NCBI RefSeq assembly: GCF_006345805.1 | Contig: NC_043001.1 | Coordinates: 72,292,001 to 72,356,000 of the forward strand | DNA from: Octopus sinensis | Lineage: Eukaryota | DNA: 64,000 nucleotides | Reading direction: 5' to 3' | Part shown: positions 63,951-64,000 of the stretch, one piece after another | How the letters are laid out: each line of letters begins with the position of its first letter | Position numbering within the stretch: position 1 is the stretch's first letter | The notes under the pieces: model-generated | What the model was told of the DNA's origin: nothing | Database searches by the model: none | Seen by the model: the letters and a program-made list of their open reading frames with translations, nothing else | Made by a program: the position numbers and the translations under genes

Positions 63951-64000
63951 ACTATAATATATTGGAAGACTGATTCCTTCTTTCTCTTCATCTCTTCATC

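Overview
AT-rich, microsatellite-dense eukaryotic genomic DNA with one 100-N gap. The SINE, RTE, CR1 and Penelope content suggests an octopus or other coleoid cephalopod; this is an inference, as no database was searched. Two host genes are well supported and converge. A 5'-partial DHHC palmitoyltransferase (ZDHHC23-like, + strand) has three visible coding exons ending at 14927. Translin-associated factor X (TSNAX, - strand) has two coding exons giving 286 aa with the catalytic acidic residues present. A probable first coding exon of a third gene, encoding a signal peptide, lies at 56696-56750. Most of the remaining sequence is decayed transposable elements: RTE, CR1/L2-group, L1/Tx1, CRE and HERO-like non-LTR elements, a Penelope GIY-YIG fragment, Tc1 and Tigger remnants, MITEs and several SINE families, often nested. 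The most unusual signal is a set of near-perfect long palindromes carrying type I hammerhead ribozyme folds on both strands. One has a canonical core and lies about 180 bp past the ZDHHC23 stop, with the first downstream AATAAA in its loop. Another (58444-58731) has an apparent compensatory G3:C8 swap of the catalytic C3:G8 pair. A LINE and a SINE family also share a 3' tail with a covarying stem-loop.
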